Source: Bdellovibrionales bacterium (GTDB lineage: Bacteria; Bdellovibrionota; Bdellovibrionia; Bdellovibrionales; UBA1609). From it: DNA of 64,000 bases. The DNA lies in contig JAWLHR010000006.1 of the NCBI GenBank assembly GCA_041690295.1, forward strand, positions 32,001 to 96,000, given 5' to 3'. Shown one piece after another: positions 10,229 through 21,900 of the stretch (the first letter of the stretch is position 1; the number at the start of each line of letters is the position of its first letter). The translations under genes were made by a program, and so were the position numbers. The notes below the pieces were generated by a model that had not been told where the DNA came from, did no database searches, and saw only the letters and a program-made list of their open reading frames with translations.

Positions 10229-11189
10229 AATACGAATCCAGTCCGGCCAAAAGCGACATTGCGGGCTTATAACCGATCAAGGAGCCAGCCTTGCGAATAT
10301 CAAGGCGCGTGCGATGGGGTTCATATCTTGTGCTCGGTGAAGATGAAATCTTTAAATCGGGAAAATACCGTTTTTTAACAAAAGCGATCAATTCACGTAA
10401 AGTCGGACCGTCTTCCGAGGCGATATTGAAGATCTGATTGTTACCCTCGGGTCGCGTGGTGGCCAAAAACACGCCTTCCACCACGTCATCGACGTAAGTC
10501 AGGTTCAATACGGAAGATTCATTTCGCAAAGGAAATTCCGCACCCGATTGCCCCGCTAAAAACAATCGGCTGATGACACGACCATTTCCATCCAGCGGCC
10601 CATAGACCGCGATGGGACGCACGATTGTATAGGGAATACGTTGTTTACCACAAATCTCGATCACTTTGTTTTCGCAGGCTGATTTCCAAAAGCCATATCG
10701 GTTGATCGGCTTTAACGGCGTTTCTTCATGCACGCTCCGGCTTGTGAAGTGTCCATACACCATGCTGGAGGAGAGATAAACAAATCGATCGGGTCGCGCG
10801 ACTTGAAGCTCATTCAAGACTCCCAGGGTGACATCGTAGATGCCGCGTTTGGCTTGATCCTCATCCTGTTCCGCGATCGACGCGATGGAAAGATTGGCCG
10901 CGTGGATAATTATACGAGGGGATAGACTTTCAAGCAGCCGGCGGGTCTGGTCGCGATCGCACAAGTCGACTTTGTGAAATGTAGCGGGCCTTAGAATCTC
11001 TCGTCGTTGTTTGGTGATGCGCTCGAAAATTGATGGCGGAAGTTGGTGCAAATTAATTTCGTTATCCGCGACGTGCACATCAAACCCAGCTTGCCACATG
11101 CGTCGCGCCAGTGATGTGCCGATAAATCCCGCTCCGCCACAGATCAAAACTCGCATGAACATCTTCCGTTGAAACCTTGAAGATATCAT
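10200..11189 (-). CDS. NAD-dependent nucleotide-sugar epimerase/dehydratase
   Basis: GGAGFIG Rossmann motif, SSSMVYG, YGFWK, VYGP, YVDDV. Start may be 11162 or 11156. Confidence 0.9.
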   Translation of the reverse strand: MISSRFQRKMFMRVLICGGAGFIGTSLARRMWQAGFDVHVADNEINLHQLPPSIFERITKQRREILRPATFHKVDLCDRDQTRRLLESLSPRIIIHAANLSIASIAEQDEDQAKRGIYDVTLGVLNELQVARPDRFVYLSSSMVYGHFTSRSVHEETPLKPINRYGFWKSACENKVIEICGKQRIPYTIVRPIAVYGPLDGNGRVISRLFLAGQSGAEFPLRNESSVLNLTYVDDVVEGVFLATTRPEGNNQIFNIASEDGPTLRELIAFVKKRYFPDLKISSSPSTRYEPHRTRLDIRKAGSLIGYKPAMSLLAGLDSYYEWHKSTFS

Positions 11190-11230
11190 AATACGCAGAA
11201 AGGACGGATATTCAAAAAGGAACTTGCTCC

Positions 11231-12076
11231 ATGAACACGCCGACCATCTCGCGGTTCTTTCTCATGACGAATTGGGTCAGGCTCAACTCTCTCCTGCTGG
11301 AGCTCGATTTGGATCCTCCGCTCAAGGATATCGACCAAGAGAGCGGAATGGCGATGCTTGAAGAAATCTGGCGCCAAGATCCGAGGACCGAAGTGACGTT
11401 GGCCAATGTGGCTTTGGATTGTTGGGATTTGGTGAAATTGGCGTGTTTCAAGGGAAAGCCCTTGCGCCTTCAACTCGAATGGCGCGATTTAGCCACGGAT
11501 GAAGAGCAATTGCGCCGGTGGATTGGAGACGGTTTTGGCTTGGACATTTGGGGCTATGGGGATCATGAGTGGGCTCAGTCTTCATTTTATGATTTTCTTT
11601 CGTCCCCTCAGGTTCGCGTTGTTCGAATTTGCAATGAGAGCTTGTGGTTTGGCGTGGATCGAATGGATCCGGAAATTCGTTTATGGTTCCCGCCGGAAGC
11701 CAATCGAAGCGACTATTTCACGGCTCGTGATTTCTGGCTCTGGCGTCAAAGATATCCCAGGGTGGATTCACGACTGATTTTTTACCAGCGGATTGATGGC
11801 GGCCCGTTAAGAAAAGATGTCAGCCCATATTACTACGATGGCGTCACGGATCCATTGGATCGGGCCTGTGTCGGACCTTTTGAATGGACGATGACCAGCT
11901 GGTTATTGCGATCCTGTCAGCGGGGTTCAGTCTTTGTATTTTGGCTGATTTTTTACTTTCTCGATTTTTGGTGTTCGTCACCCCGTCGCCGTTGGCAAAA
12001 ACTCTGGGCGTTTCCCGTTGAGTCCCTGCGAATCTCGCTGAAATTGCTGCGATTCACTTTGGGGGTGCGAACGTGA
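11231..12076 (+). CDS. Hypothetical protein in glycosylation cluster
   Basis: 281-aa ORF whose stop overlaps the GTG of the next GT2 gene (GTGA coupling). Confidence 0.65.
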   Translation: MNTPTISRFFLMTNWVRLNSLLLELDLDPPLKDIDQESGMAMLEEIWRQDPRTEVTLANVALDCWDLVKLACFKGKPLRLQLEWRDLATDEEQLRRWIGDGFGLDIWGYGDHEWAQSSFYDFLSSPQVRVVRICNESLWFGVDRMDPEIRLWFPPEANRSDYFTARDFWLWRQRYPRVDSRLIFYQRIDGGPLRKDVSPYYYDGVTDPLDRACVGPFEWTMTSWLLRSCQRGSVFVFWLIFYFLDFWCSSPRRRWQKLWAFPVESLRISLKLLRFTLGVRT

Positions 12077-13080
12077 AAAGTCTCGACTTGTCGATTGTGA
12101 TTCCGGCTCGAAGTGATACGAAAGTTTTGGCGGGTTTGCTTAAGACTTTGCTGCATCAGCGTGGCGCCAGCTTTGAAGTGATTGTGGTTAGCAACCCCAC
12201 ACCGATGAAGGCCATCCGCAGAGATCCGAGAGTCCGCTATATTCACTCCGCGCCCGAGGGGGTGAATCGCGCGCGAAACGCGGGAGTGCGAGCGAGTCGG
12301 GGAGAGTGGATTTATTTTTTAGATGACGACTGCCGGTTGGTATCGCGGGATCATCTTGAGAAACTGACGCGAAAACTAAGAAGTCTCGGACCCGAAACGG
12401 TTCTGGGGGGACCTTACATTCACGCCGGTTCGGGGCGATGGTCCGAGGCCTACCACCTGCTTCAGCTTCGATATTTAGCGGAAGGGATGAATTCGCCCGT
12501 GGGGGCGAAACATTTATTGGGGGGAAATCTCGCCCTTCATCACAAGGTTTTCGAAAAATTTCTTTTTAACGAAGACATCGAGTTTGGTGGCGCCGAGGTT
12601 GAATTTCTTTACCGTTTGTGGCGCGCTGGATTCAGAGGCGAATTCGCCGAGGATTTACCCGTTCGTCATGAACATGAGTTGACCGCCCATGAGTTCGTGA
12701 AGAAGGCGGTCCTTCAGGGATTTCATGTGGAAGAGCTGATTGGAAAATACCCGGATCTGATTCCGTTTCCCCGCCACTACCTTCCAACCGAGCGAATACG
12801 TAAATTTAAAACCGAAATTGAAGTGTACGGTTGGGTTTTCGATAATGGTCGCGCCCAGCGCCGATTGGGGCTTCGTCCCCAAGTTCCAAAAATCATTGCA
12901 CCACTCCTGGAGACCAGCTCCAAATCCGCGGAGATGGAACAACTCTGTCCCGCGGACCGCCAAGTGAAACCCTACACGGTGATGGATCGGATTAAAGAGT
13001 GGTGGACTCATCCAAGCGCCCGACAAAAATCACTTGGCCGCTTTCTTCTGTATGTGCTTGAGCTCAAGAATTCGAAGTGA
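12073..13080 (+). CDS. GT2 glycosyltransferase
   Basis: LSIVIPA, ARNAG, FLDDD, GGNL motifs. Confidence 0.85.
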   Translation: MKSLDLSIVIPARSDTKVLAGLLKTLLHQRGASFEVIVVSNPTPMKAIRRDPRVRYIHSAPEGVNRARNAGVRASRGEWIYFLDDDCRLVSRDHLEKLTRKLRSLGPETVLGGPYIHAGSGRWSEAYHLLQLRYLAEGMNSPVGAKHLLGGNLALHHKVFEKFLFNEDIEFGGAEVEFLYRLWRAGFRGEFAEDLPVRHEHELTAHEFVKKAVLQGFHVEELIGKYPDLIPFPRHYLPTERIRKFKTEIEVYGWVFDNGRAQRRLGLRPQVPKIIAPLLETSSKSAEMEQLCPADRQVKPYTVMDRIKEWWTHPSARQKSLGRFLLYVLELKNSK

Positions 13081-13089
13081 GAAAAAGGC

Positions 13090-13122
13090 AAAAAAAAACC
13101 CGCGTCGTCCCTGAAACGCGGG
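13090..13122 (-). terminator. Intrinsic terminator closing the riboswitch RNA
   Basis: Minus strand CCCGCGT-loop-ACGCGGG followed by T9. Confidence 0.85.
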
Positions 13123-13158
13123 CCCGTTGTACCTTCCAACATTCTGCTTTAGGCCCAG

Positions 13159-13253
13159 TTCCTCTGGTAACCCGGCCGGCATAATCTCCTTGAAATGTTA
13201 GCCCCGTGGTTTTGCGTCCCACCCTTTCAGGTGGTTTGCCCTTAGCAAAGGAA
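13159..13253 (-). ncRNA. c-di-GMP-I (GEMM) riboswitch aptamer
   Basis: Minus strand reads GGGCAAACCACCUGAAAGGGUGGGACGCAAAACCACGGGGCUAA...GCCGGCCGGGUUACC: GNRA-capped P2, GACGCAAA junction, P1 UUCCUUUG/CAGAGGAA. G20 and C92 equivalents retained, so c-di-GMP rather than cGAMP type. Confidence 0.93.
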
Positions 13254-13487
13254 GAACAACTGTTTGATCACTCCCTCAACTCCGTGAGGGAAGTTGCTCT
13301 GCGACTTCCCCGCCACATCACTTCGGTGGTGGATCAAGCCGCCTATCCTTAGGCAGAATCGCCATCGGACCCTCCTCCTACGAAGCCGTTCGTGGCTCCT
13401 TAAACTATGATAATGCAAAGCGTCATCAAAGGCGATGAGGAATTGCCAAGGGTTTCAACTCGATATGTGGAATTTAAGGAATCGAAA

Positions 13488-14273
13488 TCACTTAGATAAT
13501 CGTGTCACGATTTGAGACGCCAGATTTTCGAAGGGTGTGTTCAGTCGCGGCTCGGACGCACTCTCCAAAAACGGAACACCGGCTTCAGCGCTCACACCGA
13601 TTTCAGGGAAAAACGGAATCTCAGCCAGCTTCGCGAGGCCCTTGGCGTCCAAGTAGGCGGTCAAATCACCTTTGGGAAAAAGTTGAACGCGCTCACCGTT
13701 TTCATTTTCTAAATAAGCCATGTTTTCCACCACACCGAGCACGGGAACGTTGGTGCGATCAAACATGTCGATGGCTTTTTTGGCGTCCGCAAGAGCGAGA
13801 TTTTGAGGTGTGACCACCACAACCGCGCCCGAAACGGGAACTTTTTGCGCCATGGTGAGAGCCACATCGCCCGTGCCGGGCGGCAGATCGATGACCAGAT
13901 AATCCAACTCACCCCAAAGCACGTCGCGGAAGAACTGATCCATGGCTTTGAACAAGATTGGACCCCGCCAGACAGCGGCTTGGTTTTCATCCACGATGTA
14001 ACCCAAGCTCATCGTCTTCAAACCGTGGCGGATGACAGGAAGCAGTTTCTTGTTCTCATCCATTTCCGGTCGGGATTGCACCGCACCCAGAAGTCGGGGC
14101 ACGCTTGGCCCGTAAAGATCAGCGTCGAGCAAACCGGTCTTAAAACCGGCTTTGTTCAAGGCTATGGCTAGATTAACGGCGATTGTACTTTTACCGACCC
14201 CGCCTTTCCCCGAGCCCACGGCGATGATGTGTTTGACTCCGGGGATGGGTGCCTGCTGAAGAAATGGATTCAT
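13488..14273 (-). CDS. mrp: Mrp/NBP35 (ApbC) Fe-S cluster carrier ATPase
   Basis: GKGGVGKST, DADLYGPS, WRGP, DLPPGTGD, VVENM. Confidence 0.92.
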   Translation of the reverse strand: MNPFLQQAPIPGVKHIIAVGSGKGGVGKSTIAVNLAIALNKAGFKTGLLDADLYGPSVPRLLGAVQSRPEMDENKKLLPVIRHGLKTMSLGYIVDENQAAVWRGPILFKAMDQFFRDVLWGELDYLVIDLPPGTGDVALTMAQKVPVSGAVVVVTPQNLALADAKKAIDMFDRTNVPVLGVVENMAYLENENGERVQLFPKGDLTAYLDAKGLAKLAEIPFFPEIGVSAEAGVPFLESASEPRLNTPFENLASQIVTRLSK

Positions 14274-14344
14274 GGCACCTTCTTAGACCTTTGCCGGGCT
14301 AGGCTCAAGATGAATTCATTGTTAACATTCATAGAGGAGATCCC

Positions 14345-14743
14345 GTGGTGCCTCCAATTGAGCCTACAACGTTCTGGCTGTACTACGCCGGTGGTTTTTT
14401 GCTGCTGGTGTGGCTCTTATTTTTTCGGCGCCGCCGCCGGGGCATGAGGCTGCACCTGGGTGGAGCAAAAGCTCGAAAGGCGCTAACCGTGGACAACGGA
14501 GCCGCAGAGCCCGTCACGACCGCCGCCACGGGTGGTGAACGGTCGATCAACGTGGTTTTCAATTACAATGGGCACTCCTGGGACGCCTACGAAGTCCTCG
14601 GGCTTCCCGCGGGATGCTCGCTCGCGCAAGTCGAAGCCGCTTATCAAAAAGGCCTTGCCGAAGTGGACAGCTCATCCCGGCCATTCATCGAAGCGGCCTA
14701 TTCCGCGATCAAGGGAAGTCAATCCCGCGCCTCCGGACAATAA
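14345..14743 (+). CDS. Membrane-anchored protein with C-terminal J-domain-like segment
   Basis: N-terminal TM helix followed by an Arg run; DAYEVLGL...AAY...AY pattern without HPD. Confidence 0.7.
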   Translation: MVPPIEPTTFWLYYAGGFLLLVWLLFFRRRRRGMRLHLGGAKARKALTVDNGAAEPVTTAATGGERSINVVFNYNGHSWDAYEVLGLPAGCSLAQVEAAYQKGLAEVDSSSRPFIEAAYSAIKGSQSRASGQ

Positions 14744-14869
14744 TTACACGCCCCGCCAAGAATGGCTATGAACGTTGAAAACGTCAGGGTCCTTTCTTAG
14801 ATTGAGAGCCCAAAGCTGCGGGTGCCCATTCGTGGATTCTGCGGCATCTTGACGAGGGAGTACCCGTCC

Positions 14870-16210
14870 ATGCAAGTCAATTATCTCAAGGATTTAGCGA
14901 CTCTTGTTTCGCTGTCGAAGCGCCGTGGTTTTGTCTTTCAAAGCTCGGAAATCTATGGCGGTCTGAATTCCTGCTGGGACTATGGTCCCCTGGGCGCGAA
15001 TCTGAAACTCAAAGTGAAGCTTTCATGGTGGAAGGCAATGACCCGCCGACCCGATGTGGTGGGGCTCGATGCCGCGATTCTGATGCACCCGATGGTGTGG
15101 AAAGCCAGCGGCCACGTGGATGGGTTTTCCGACCCGCTGGTGGATTGCAAGAAGTGTAAATTCCGTTTTCGTCAGGACACCGCCATCGTCGACGGCAAAG
15201 TGACCTGCCCGAATTGCGGTTCAACCGAAGTCACCGAACCCCGCCAATTCAACCTGATGTTCAAGACGCACATGGGCCCAGTGGAGAACGAGGGTTCGAT
15301 CGTCTATTTGCGGCCCGAAACCGCGCAGGGAATTTTCGTCAATTTTGAAAACGTGGCCACCTCGTCGCGAAAGAAGATTCCGTTCGGTATCGCCCAAATC
15401 GGAAAATCGTTCCGTAACGAAATCACGCCCGGAAATTTCATTTTCCGTACCCGCGAATTCGAACAGATGGAAATGCAGTATTTCGTCAAACCGGGCACCG
15501 ACATGGAGTGGTTTGAAACCTGGAAGCAGACCCGCATGGACTATTACAAGACGATCGGTCTACGCGAGAGCAAGTTGAAGTTCAAAGAGCACGGACCCAA
15601 TGAGTTGGCCCATTACGCCAAAGCCGCCTTCGATGTTTACTTCGAGTTTCCCCATGGCTGGAGCGAGCTTGAAGGCATTCATAACCGAAGCGACTTCGAC
15701 CTCAGTCAACATCAGAAATTTTCCGGCAAAAAGCTCGAGTACTTCGATGAAGCCACAAAAGAAAAATACATTCCTTACGTGATCGAAACCGCCGTGGGCT
15801 GTGACCGGTTGGTGCTCGCGGTGATGTGTGATGCGTATCGGGAAGAAATCGTCGAGTCGGGTGAAGGCGCCGGTGAACCCCGTGTGGTCATGGGATTCCA
15901 TCCCTCGCTCGCGCCGATTGAAGTGGCGTTCTTGCCGCTCAGTAAAAAACCGGCGCTACAGGAACTGGCTTTCAAATTACGCAACGACTTCGCGCAAGAT
16001 CGCGACGTGGAATATGACGAGACGGGGAGCATCGGCAAACGCTATCGCCGTCAAGATGAAGTCGGTACCCCGCTTTGCGTGACCGTGGATTTCGAAAGTT
16101 TGGAGGATCACAAGGTGACTGTGCGCCATCGCGACAAGATGACGCAGGACCGGGTGGCCCTTGATCAACTCAAGCAATACATCAATAACAAACTGGTGGA
16201 TTTCACATGA
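14870..16210 (+). CDS. glyQS: Glycine--tRNA ligase, homodimeric (alpha2) type
   Basis: [58 protein letters not shown]. Confidence 0.97.
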   Translation: MQVNYLKDLATLVSLSKRRGFVFQSSEIYGGLNSCWDYGPLGANLKLKVKLSWWKAMTRRPDVVGLDAAILMHPMVWKASGHVDGFSDPLVDCKKCKFRFRQDTAIVDGKVTCPNCGSTEVTEPRQFNLMFKTHMGPVENEGSIVYLRPETAQGIFVNFENVATSSRKKIPFGIAQIGKSFRNEITPGNFIFRTREFEQMEMQYFVKPGTDMEWFETWKQTRMDYYKTIGLRESKLKFKEHGPNELAHYAKAAFDVYFEFPHGWSELEGIHNRSDFDLSQHQKFSGKKLEYFDEATKEKYIPYVIETAVGCDRLVLAVMCDAYREEIVESGEGAGEPRVVMGFHPSLAPIEVAFLPLSKKPALQELAFKLRNDFAQDRDVEYDETGSIGKRYRRQDEVGTPLCVTVDFESLEDHKVTVRHRDKMTQDRVALDQLKQYINNKLVDFT

Positions 16211-18921
16211 AAGAGATGGCCGTGGACACACAGAAAACAACACTGAGAATTCCGGAAAAGTTCGTTTATTTCTTTTCGGCGGGCGCGACCGAAGGCCACG
16301 CCGGGATGAAAAACATCCTGGGTGGAAAGGGAGCCAACCTGGCGGAAATGACCTCTCTGGGATTGCCCGTGCCCCCCGGGTTCACCATTTCCACGGAAAT
16401 GTGTCAGGTGTTTTATGATAACGGCGAACGCCTGCCCGAAATTTTAAAAACCAAGGCCATGGAAGCCATGGGCCGCGTGGAATCCTTGATCGGCAAAAAA
16501 TTCGGTGACCCGTCCAATCCGTTGTTGGTGAGCGTTCGCTCCGGCGCGCGCGCCAGTATGCCGGGCATGATGGACACCATCTTGAATCTCGGTTTGAACG
16601 ACAAAACCGTTGAAGGTTTGGCCACGAAGACCGGAAACCCGCGATTCGCGTGGGACTCCTATCGCCGCTTTTTGACCATGTACTCCAACGTGGTCATGAA
16701 CATGAACACGTCGTTACTCGAAGTGGTGCTTGAAGACCTTAAAGAACACAAAGGTTACAAGCTCGACACCGAACTCACCGTGGACGATTTAAAACTCCTG
16801 GTCGACAAATATAAAAAGCAAATTATTGAATCCACCGGCACCGCCTTCCCGACGGATCCCTGGGAGCAGCTCTGGGGCGCGGTTTCGGCGGTCTTTAAAA
16901 GTTGGAATTCACCTCGAGCGATCACTTATCGCGGTCTTCACGGTTATCCGAGCCATTGGGGAACCGCGGTCAATGTGCAATCCATGGTGTTCGGAAACAT
17001 GGGTGACGATTGCGCCACCGGCGTGGCGTTCACCCGTAATCCGTCGACCGGTGAAAAGAAATTTTTCGGTGAGTATCTGATCAACGCTCAAGGTGAGGAC
17101 GTGGTGGCGGGAATTCGTACACCCCATCCCATCACCAAGGATGCGGCCAAGGGCACGGACTCCCGCTCGCTGGAAGAAGCCATGCCCGAAGCCTACAGGG
17201 AATTGGTCGCGATTTATCAAAAACTTGAGTCCCATTATCGTGACATGCAGGACATTGAGTTCACCATTGAAAAGAACAAGCTTTGGATGTTGCAAACCCG
17301 CAATGGCAAGCGCACCGCCAAGGCGGCTTTGCGGATCGCCTGCGACATGATCGACGAAGGGCTCATCACTCCGGACGAGGCTTTGCTTCGCATCTCGCCG
17401 CAAAGTTTGGATCAGTTGCTCCATCCCACGTTGGATTCGAGCGCGGCGAAGACCTTGCTCTGTAAAGGTTTACCCGCCTCTCCGGGCGGCGCCACCGGAC
17501 AAATTGTTTTCTCCAGTGAGAAAGCGGTGGAGTGGGCGGCTCAAGGCAAAAAAGTGATTTTGGTGAGAATTGAAACCAGTCCCGAAGACATCGAAGGAAT
17601 GGTGAGCGCGCAGGGTGTGCTCACCACTCGCGGTGGAATGACTTCGCACGCGGCCGTCGTGGCGCGGGGAATGGGCAAGTGCTGTGTCGCCGGTTGCGGT
17701 GACATCGACGTGGACTATCACCGCGAAGAAATGAGGGTGAAAGGTTATGTCCTTAAAACCGGTGATCAAATCACCCTTGATGGCTCCACCGGTGAGGTTT
17801 TCCTAGGCGAAGTGAAAACCATTGAACCCACGTTGGATGAATATTTCCTGCGTCTCATGAAACTGGCCGATCAAAAGAGAAAACTGGGCGTCAGGGCCAA
17901 CGCGGACACGCCGGTGGATGCGGAAACCGCCCGCCGATTCGGCGCCGAAGGTATTGGCCTCTGTCGGACGGAACATATGTTCTTCGGCGCGGACCGCATC
18001 GATGTCATGCGCCGGATGATCATGGCCGAAACGCGGGAAGAAAGAGTCGAGGCTTTGAACGAACTTTTACCCATGCAACGGTCCGACTTCATTGGTTTGT
18101 TCAAAGCCATGAAAGGATATCCGGTCACCATCCGTTTGCTGGATCCCCCCCTTCATGAGTTCCTGCCCCACACGGAAAAGGAATTGGAAGAGCTGGCCAA
18201 GCGATTGAGCATTAATCCGGATAAGTTACGGGTGAAAGTTCGTAATCTTCATGAAATGAATCCAATGCTCGGTCATCGCGGTTGCCGACTGGCGATCACA
18301 TACCCCGAGATTTATCAAATGCAGGCGCGGGCCATCGCCGAGGCCGCGGTTTCGGCATTAAAAGAAGGCAACACCGAGCTGGTTCCGGAAATCATGATTC
18401 CATTAGTCGGTACCGAAGCGGAATTGCGCAAACTTAAAGAATTGGTTGAAAAGGAAGTGCGCTCGGTTCAGGAGCAAACCAAAACGCGATTTGATTATCT
18501 TGTAGGCACGATGATCGAGCTTCCCCGCGCGGCGCTGATGGCCGACGAGATCGCGCAACATGCTGAATTTTTCAGCTTCGGCACGAATGATCTCACCCAA
18601 ACCACGCTTGGAATTTCCCGTGATGACGCCGGCCGTTTCTTGGCAACTTACGTGAACGACGGCATCTATCCCTCTGATCCGTTTCAATCGATTGACCAAA
18701 AAGGTGTTGGCAAACTGGTTGAAATGGCGGTTGAATTGGGTCTTAAGACCCGGCCGAAACTGAAGCTGGGTGTGTGTGGTGAGCATGGCGGCGACCCAGC
18801 CAGCATTCAGTTTTTCCACAAGGTGGGGCTGAATTACGTGAGCTGTTCGCCTTACCGAGTGCCCATCGCACGTTTAGCCGCGGCCCAAGCCGCGATTAAC
18901 GAGCGGGGAACTGAGCATTGA
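16207..18921 (+). CDS. ppdK: Pyruvate, phosphate dikinase
   Basis: [42 protein letters not shown]. Confidence 0.98.
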   Translation: MKEMAVDTQKTTLRIPEKFVYFFSAGATEGHAGMKNILGGKGANLAEMTSLGLPVPPGFTISTEMCQVFYDNGERLPEILKTKAMEAMGRVESLIGKKFGDPSNPLLVSVRSGARASMPGMMDTILNLGLNDKTVEGLATKTGNPRFAWDSYRRFLTMYSNVVMNMNTSLLEVVLEDLKEHKGYKLDTELTVDDLKLLVDKYKKQIIESTGTAFPTDPWEQLWGAVSAVFKSWNSPRAITYRGLHGYPSHWGTAVNVQSMVFGNMGDDCATGVAFTRNPSTGEKKFFGEYLINAQGEDVVAGIRTPHPITKDAAKGTDSRSLEEAMPEAYRELVAIYQKLESHYRDMQDIEFTIEKNKLWMLQTRNGKRTAKAALRIACDMIDEGLITPDEALLRISPQSLDQLLHPTLDSSAAKTLLCKGLPASPGGATGQIVFSSEKAVEWAAQGKKVILVRIETSPEDIEGMVSAQGVLTTRGGMTSHAAVVARGMGKCCVAGCGDIDVDYHREEMRVKGYVLKTGDQITLDGSTGEVFLGEVKTIEPTLDEYFLRLMKLADQKRKLGVRANADTPVDAETARRFGAEGIGLCRTEHMFFGADRIDVMRRMIMAETREERVEALNELLPMQRSDFIGLFKAMKGYPVTIRLLDPPLHEFLPHTEKELEELAKRLSINPDKLRVKVRNLHEMNPMLGHRGCRLAITYPEIYQMQARAIAEAAVSALKEGNTELVPEIMIPLVGTEAELRKLKELVEKEVRSVQEQTKTRFDYLVGTMIELPRAALMADEIAQHAEFFSFGTNDLTQTTLGISRDDAGRFLATYVNDGIYPSDPFQSIDQKGVGKLVEMAVELGLKTRPKLKLGVCGEHGGDPASIQFFHKVGLNYVSCSPYRVPIARLAAAQAAINERGTEH

Positions 18922-21900
18922 GGATCAAAAAACTCGAGCTGATTGGTTTTAAATCCTTTAAGGATCGAACCGTCATTCACTTCGATAAAGGGATCACCGG
19001 TATCGTTGGTCCCAACGGATGCGGCAAGTCAAACATCGTGGACGCCCTGATTTGGGTCATGGGTGAAATGTCGGCCAAACACCTGCGTGGATCGTCCATG
19101 TCGGACGTGATCTTTGCCGGAGCCGAAGGTTACGCCCCCATGGGCATGGCCGAAGTCTCTTTAACTTTGGAAAACGACGGCGGACTTTTCCCCGCCAAGT
19201 ATCTGAAATTTTCCGAATTGATGGTCACTCGCCGACTTCATCGCGATGGTGAGTCCGAGTATCTGATCAATAAAGAACCGGCGCGACTCCGTGACATTCA
19301 GGAAATCTTCATGGACACCGGTGCCGGCGCCAAAGGATTTTCGATCATCGAGCAAGGCGCGATCGGCAAAATCGTGACAGCCAAGCCGGAAGATCGCCGC
19401 GTTTTGATTGAAGAAGCCGCGGGGATCACCAAGTTCAAAGTGCGAAAGCGCGAATCCCAGCGAAAATTGGTTTCGACTGAACAGAACCTGACTCGATTGC
19501 AGGACATTCTCGGCGAACAAAAACGCCAGTTGGATTCATTGGAGCGGCAGGCCCAGCGCGCGGACCGCTATCGCGGGCTTAAGCGCGAACTGCAGGAAAA
19601 AGAAGTTCTTCATTCATCGAAGGCCTACTTGCAACTCCATACGGAAGCGGAAGGGCTCCGGCAGGAAGTGGAGTCGATTCGTGAGCAGGAAGCCGGCTGG
19701 GGCGGTAAAGTTTCCACTTTGGAAAGTGACCTTTCGGCCCTGCGACTGCAGGTGGTGGAGCACGAAAAAGCGCTCGAAACCGTCTTGCAGGAACATCAAA
19801 AAGCGCAGAATGAGACGCAAACTCTTGAATTCACCATTCGCGAACTGAATTTTGAAATTGAACAGGCGCGGCGCAACAAGGAAATGACGGGTTCCATGCT
19901 CGAGCAATCCCAGGCACGGAAAGTGGCTTTGGAAAACGAGCTGAAACAAGTCGAGGAGAACTTGGCCACGGCCAAAACGAAGGCCGAACAAGTGGGCGCC
20001 GAATATCAAGCGCGCGCGGCGGAGCTTTCGTCCATTCAGGCGCGAATCACGGAACTGGATCAAAAGCTCACCAACGAACGCCGTGAAATGCTCACGGTTT
20101 CACAGAGTGAAACGCACCTGGATGTTCGGTTCCAAACTTTGACGGAAAAGCTCAAGGAGCAGGATGAGCGGCTCGAACAGCTTCGTTCGGTTGAGCAGGA
20201 GCTGATTTCTCAAAGCTCTGAGTTTGAAAAGCGCAGGAACGCCACCTTCAATAAATTGGAAAGCGAGCGGCAATTGCAGCTCGATATCATGAAGGATGTC
20301 GAGAACTTTGAAGCCAACCATGAAATTTTGGTTCGCCAGGTCAGCGAAAAGCAAGAAGAGGTCAATCGGTTCAAAGACTCGTTGAATGAAGTGGCGAGCC
20401 GTTTGTACGGACTGGAGAATTTGCAGTCCAATTTCGAAGGCTTCGAAGAAGGTGTCAAACAGGTGATGCTGTGGCAAAGGTCGCAGCAACAGGTTCATGC
20501 CGATGGCAGCGTGAGCGAAGGTCCGCTTCACCTGCGCCCGGTGGCGGAATTGGTTGAAGCGCCCGAAGAATATGAATTGGCAATGGAAGCCGCGTTGGGC
20601 AGCAAGTTGCAGTTGCTGGTGTCGGATTCGGGCCAATCGGCCCTCGGCGCGCTTGATTATCTGAAAACCAACACGAAGGGCCGCTCAAGCTTTATCGCCA
20701 GTGACTGGTTGCCACAGACGGGATCCAACGATCCCGGCGCGATCAAAGCGCAAGAGGGTGTGCGCACTCTCCTCAGTGAAGTGGTCAGCATTCCCGACGA
20801 ACAAAAAAATTTGGTTTTGCCGTTCTTTGAAAAAGTCGCGGTGGTGGATTCGATTCGAACCGCATTGCGATTGCGCCCGGAATTCCCGGATTACTTTTTT
20901 GTTACAACCGATGGCGATTGCCTGTCTCCGGATGGTGTGTTGACCGGTGGAACGGCGGAAAGCGCCGACTCGGGATTGCTCAAGCGCCGGCGCGAAATCA
21001 AAGAACTCTCGCAGCAGCGTGAAGAGTGGGCCGGTAAGTTGGCTTTGGCCAAGTTGTCGCTGGAAAAACTTGAAGCGAAGGCCGCGCAAGTCGCGGAAGA
21101 ACTTGAAAACGCCCGTAAGCGCCATGTGGAAAAAGAAGTCTTGATCGTTGAGCTCAAAAAAGATCTCGAGCGGGCGGAAAATGAACTCAAGAACGCCCAG
21201 GTCGCGGTCAGCCGCCAGCAAAACGAAATCAGCAAAGAAGAGGCGTCCCGGCTTAAAATCCAAACCGAACTGGATGAGGTCGGCGCGCGTTTTCATGAAA
21301 TGCGTGAGCGCCGGATGCGTCTCGAACTTTCGGTGAAGAACATCGATGACGAATTCCAGCAAGCGCGCGGCGGTGTGGAAGGACTGCAAAAAAGGGTCAC
21401 TGAACTGCAAGTGGAAGCGGCTTCCAGTCAAAAAGATGTCGAATCCCTGCGCCAGCGTTTTGAATTGCTTGATCGCTCGCTCAAAGAAATTCAAGAGCAA
21501 GTTGAAAAAATGGCCAGCGAGTCCGACCGAAGCCTTGAGACTTTGAATGTGAATCAGGTGATGGTCGAACAGCGCAAGCTGGATTTGGAGCAGGCCATTT
21601 CGCGCACGCAAGAACTCGCGCAGAAGGTCGCGGCCGCGCGGGATCAGTTTGAACAGATTCAGGCCAAGGCCCGGGAGGCGGAAGCCTCTTTGAACGAATT
21701 CCATTCGAGCCGCCATCAGCTGCAGTCGCGTTTGAATGAAGCGTCGTTGAAGCTTGAACAAGCGCGAATGAAGGAGCAATACCTGATCGATCAAATGCGC
21801 GAGCGCTACATGATCGATTTGAGCGTTGTGGCCGGACAGCATGCCTCCACCGAAGTGGATTTACCGGCGCTTGAAAGTGAAGTGGCCGATCTCAAGAACA

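Noticed and set aside
20685..21842. 385-aa antisense ORF in smc (likewise 28103..29194 in rny)
   Set aside because: Expected stop-free reverse frame of coiled-coil codon usage; no motifs or RBS.
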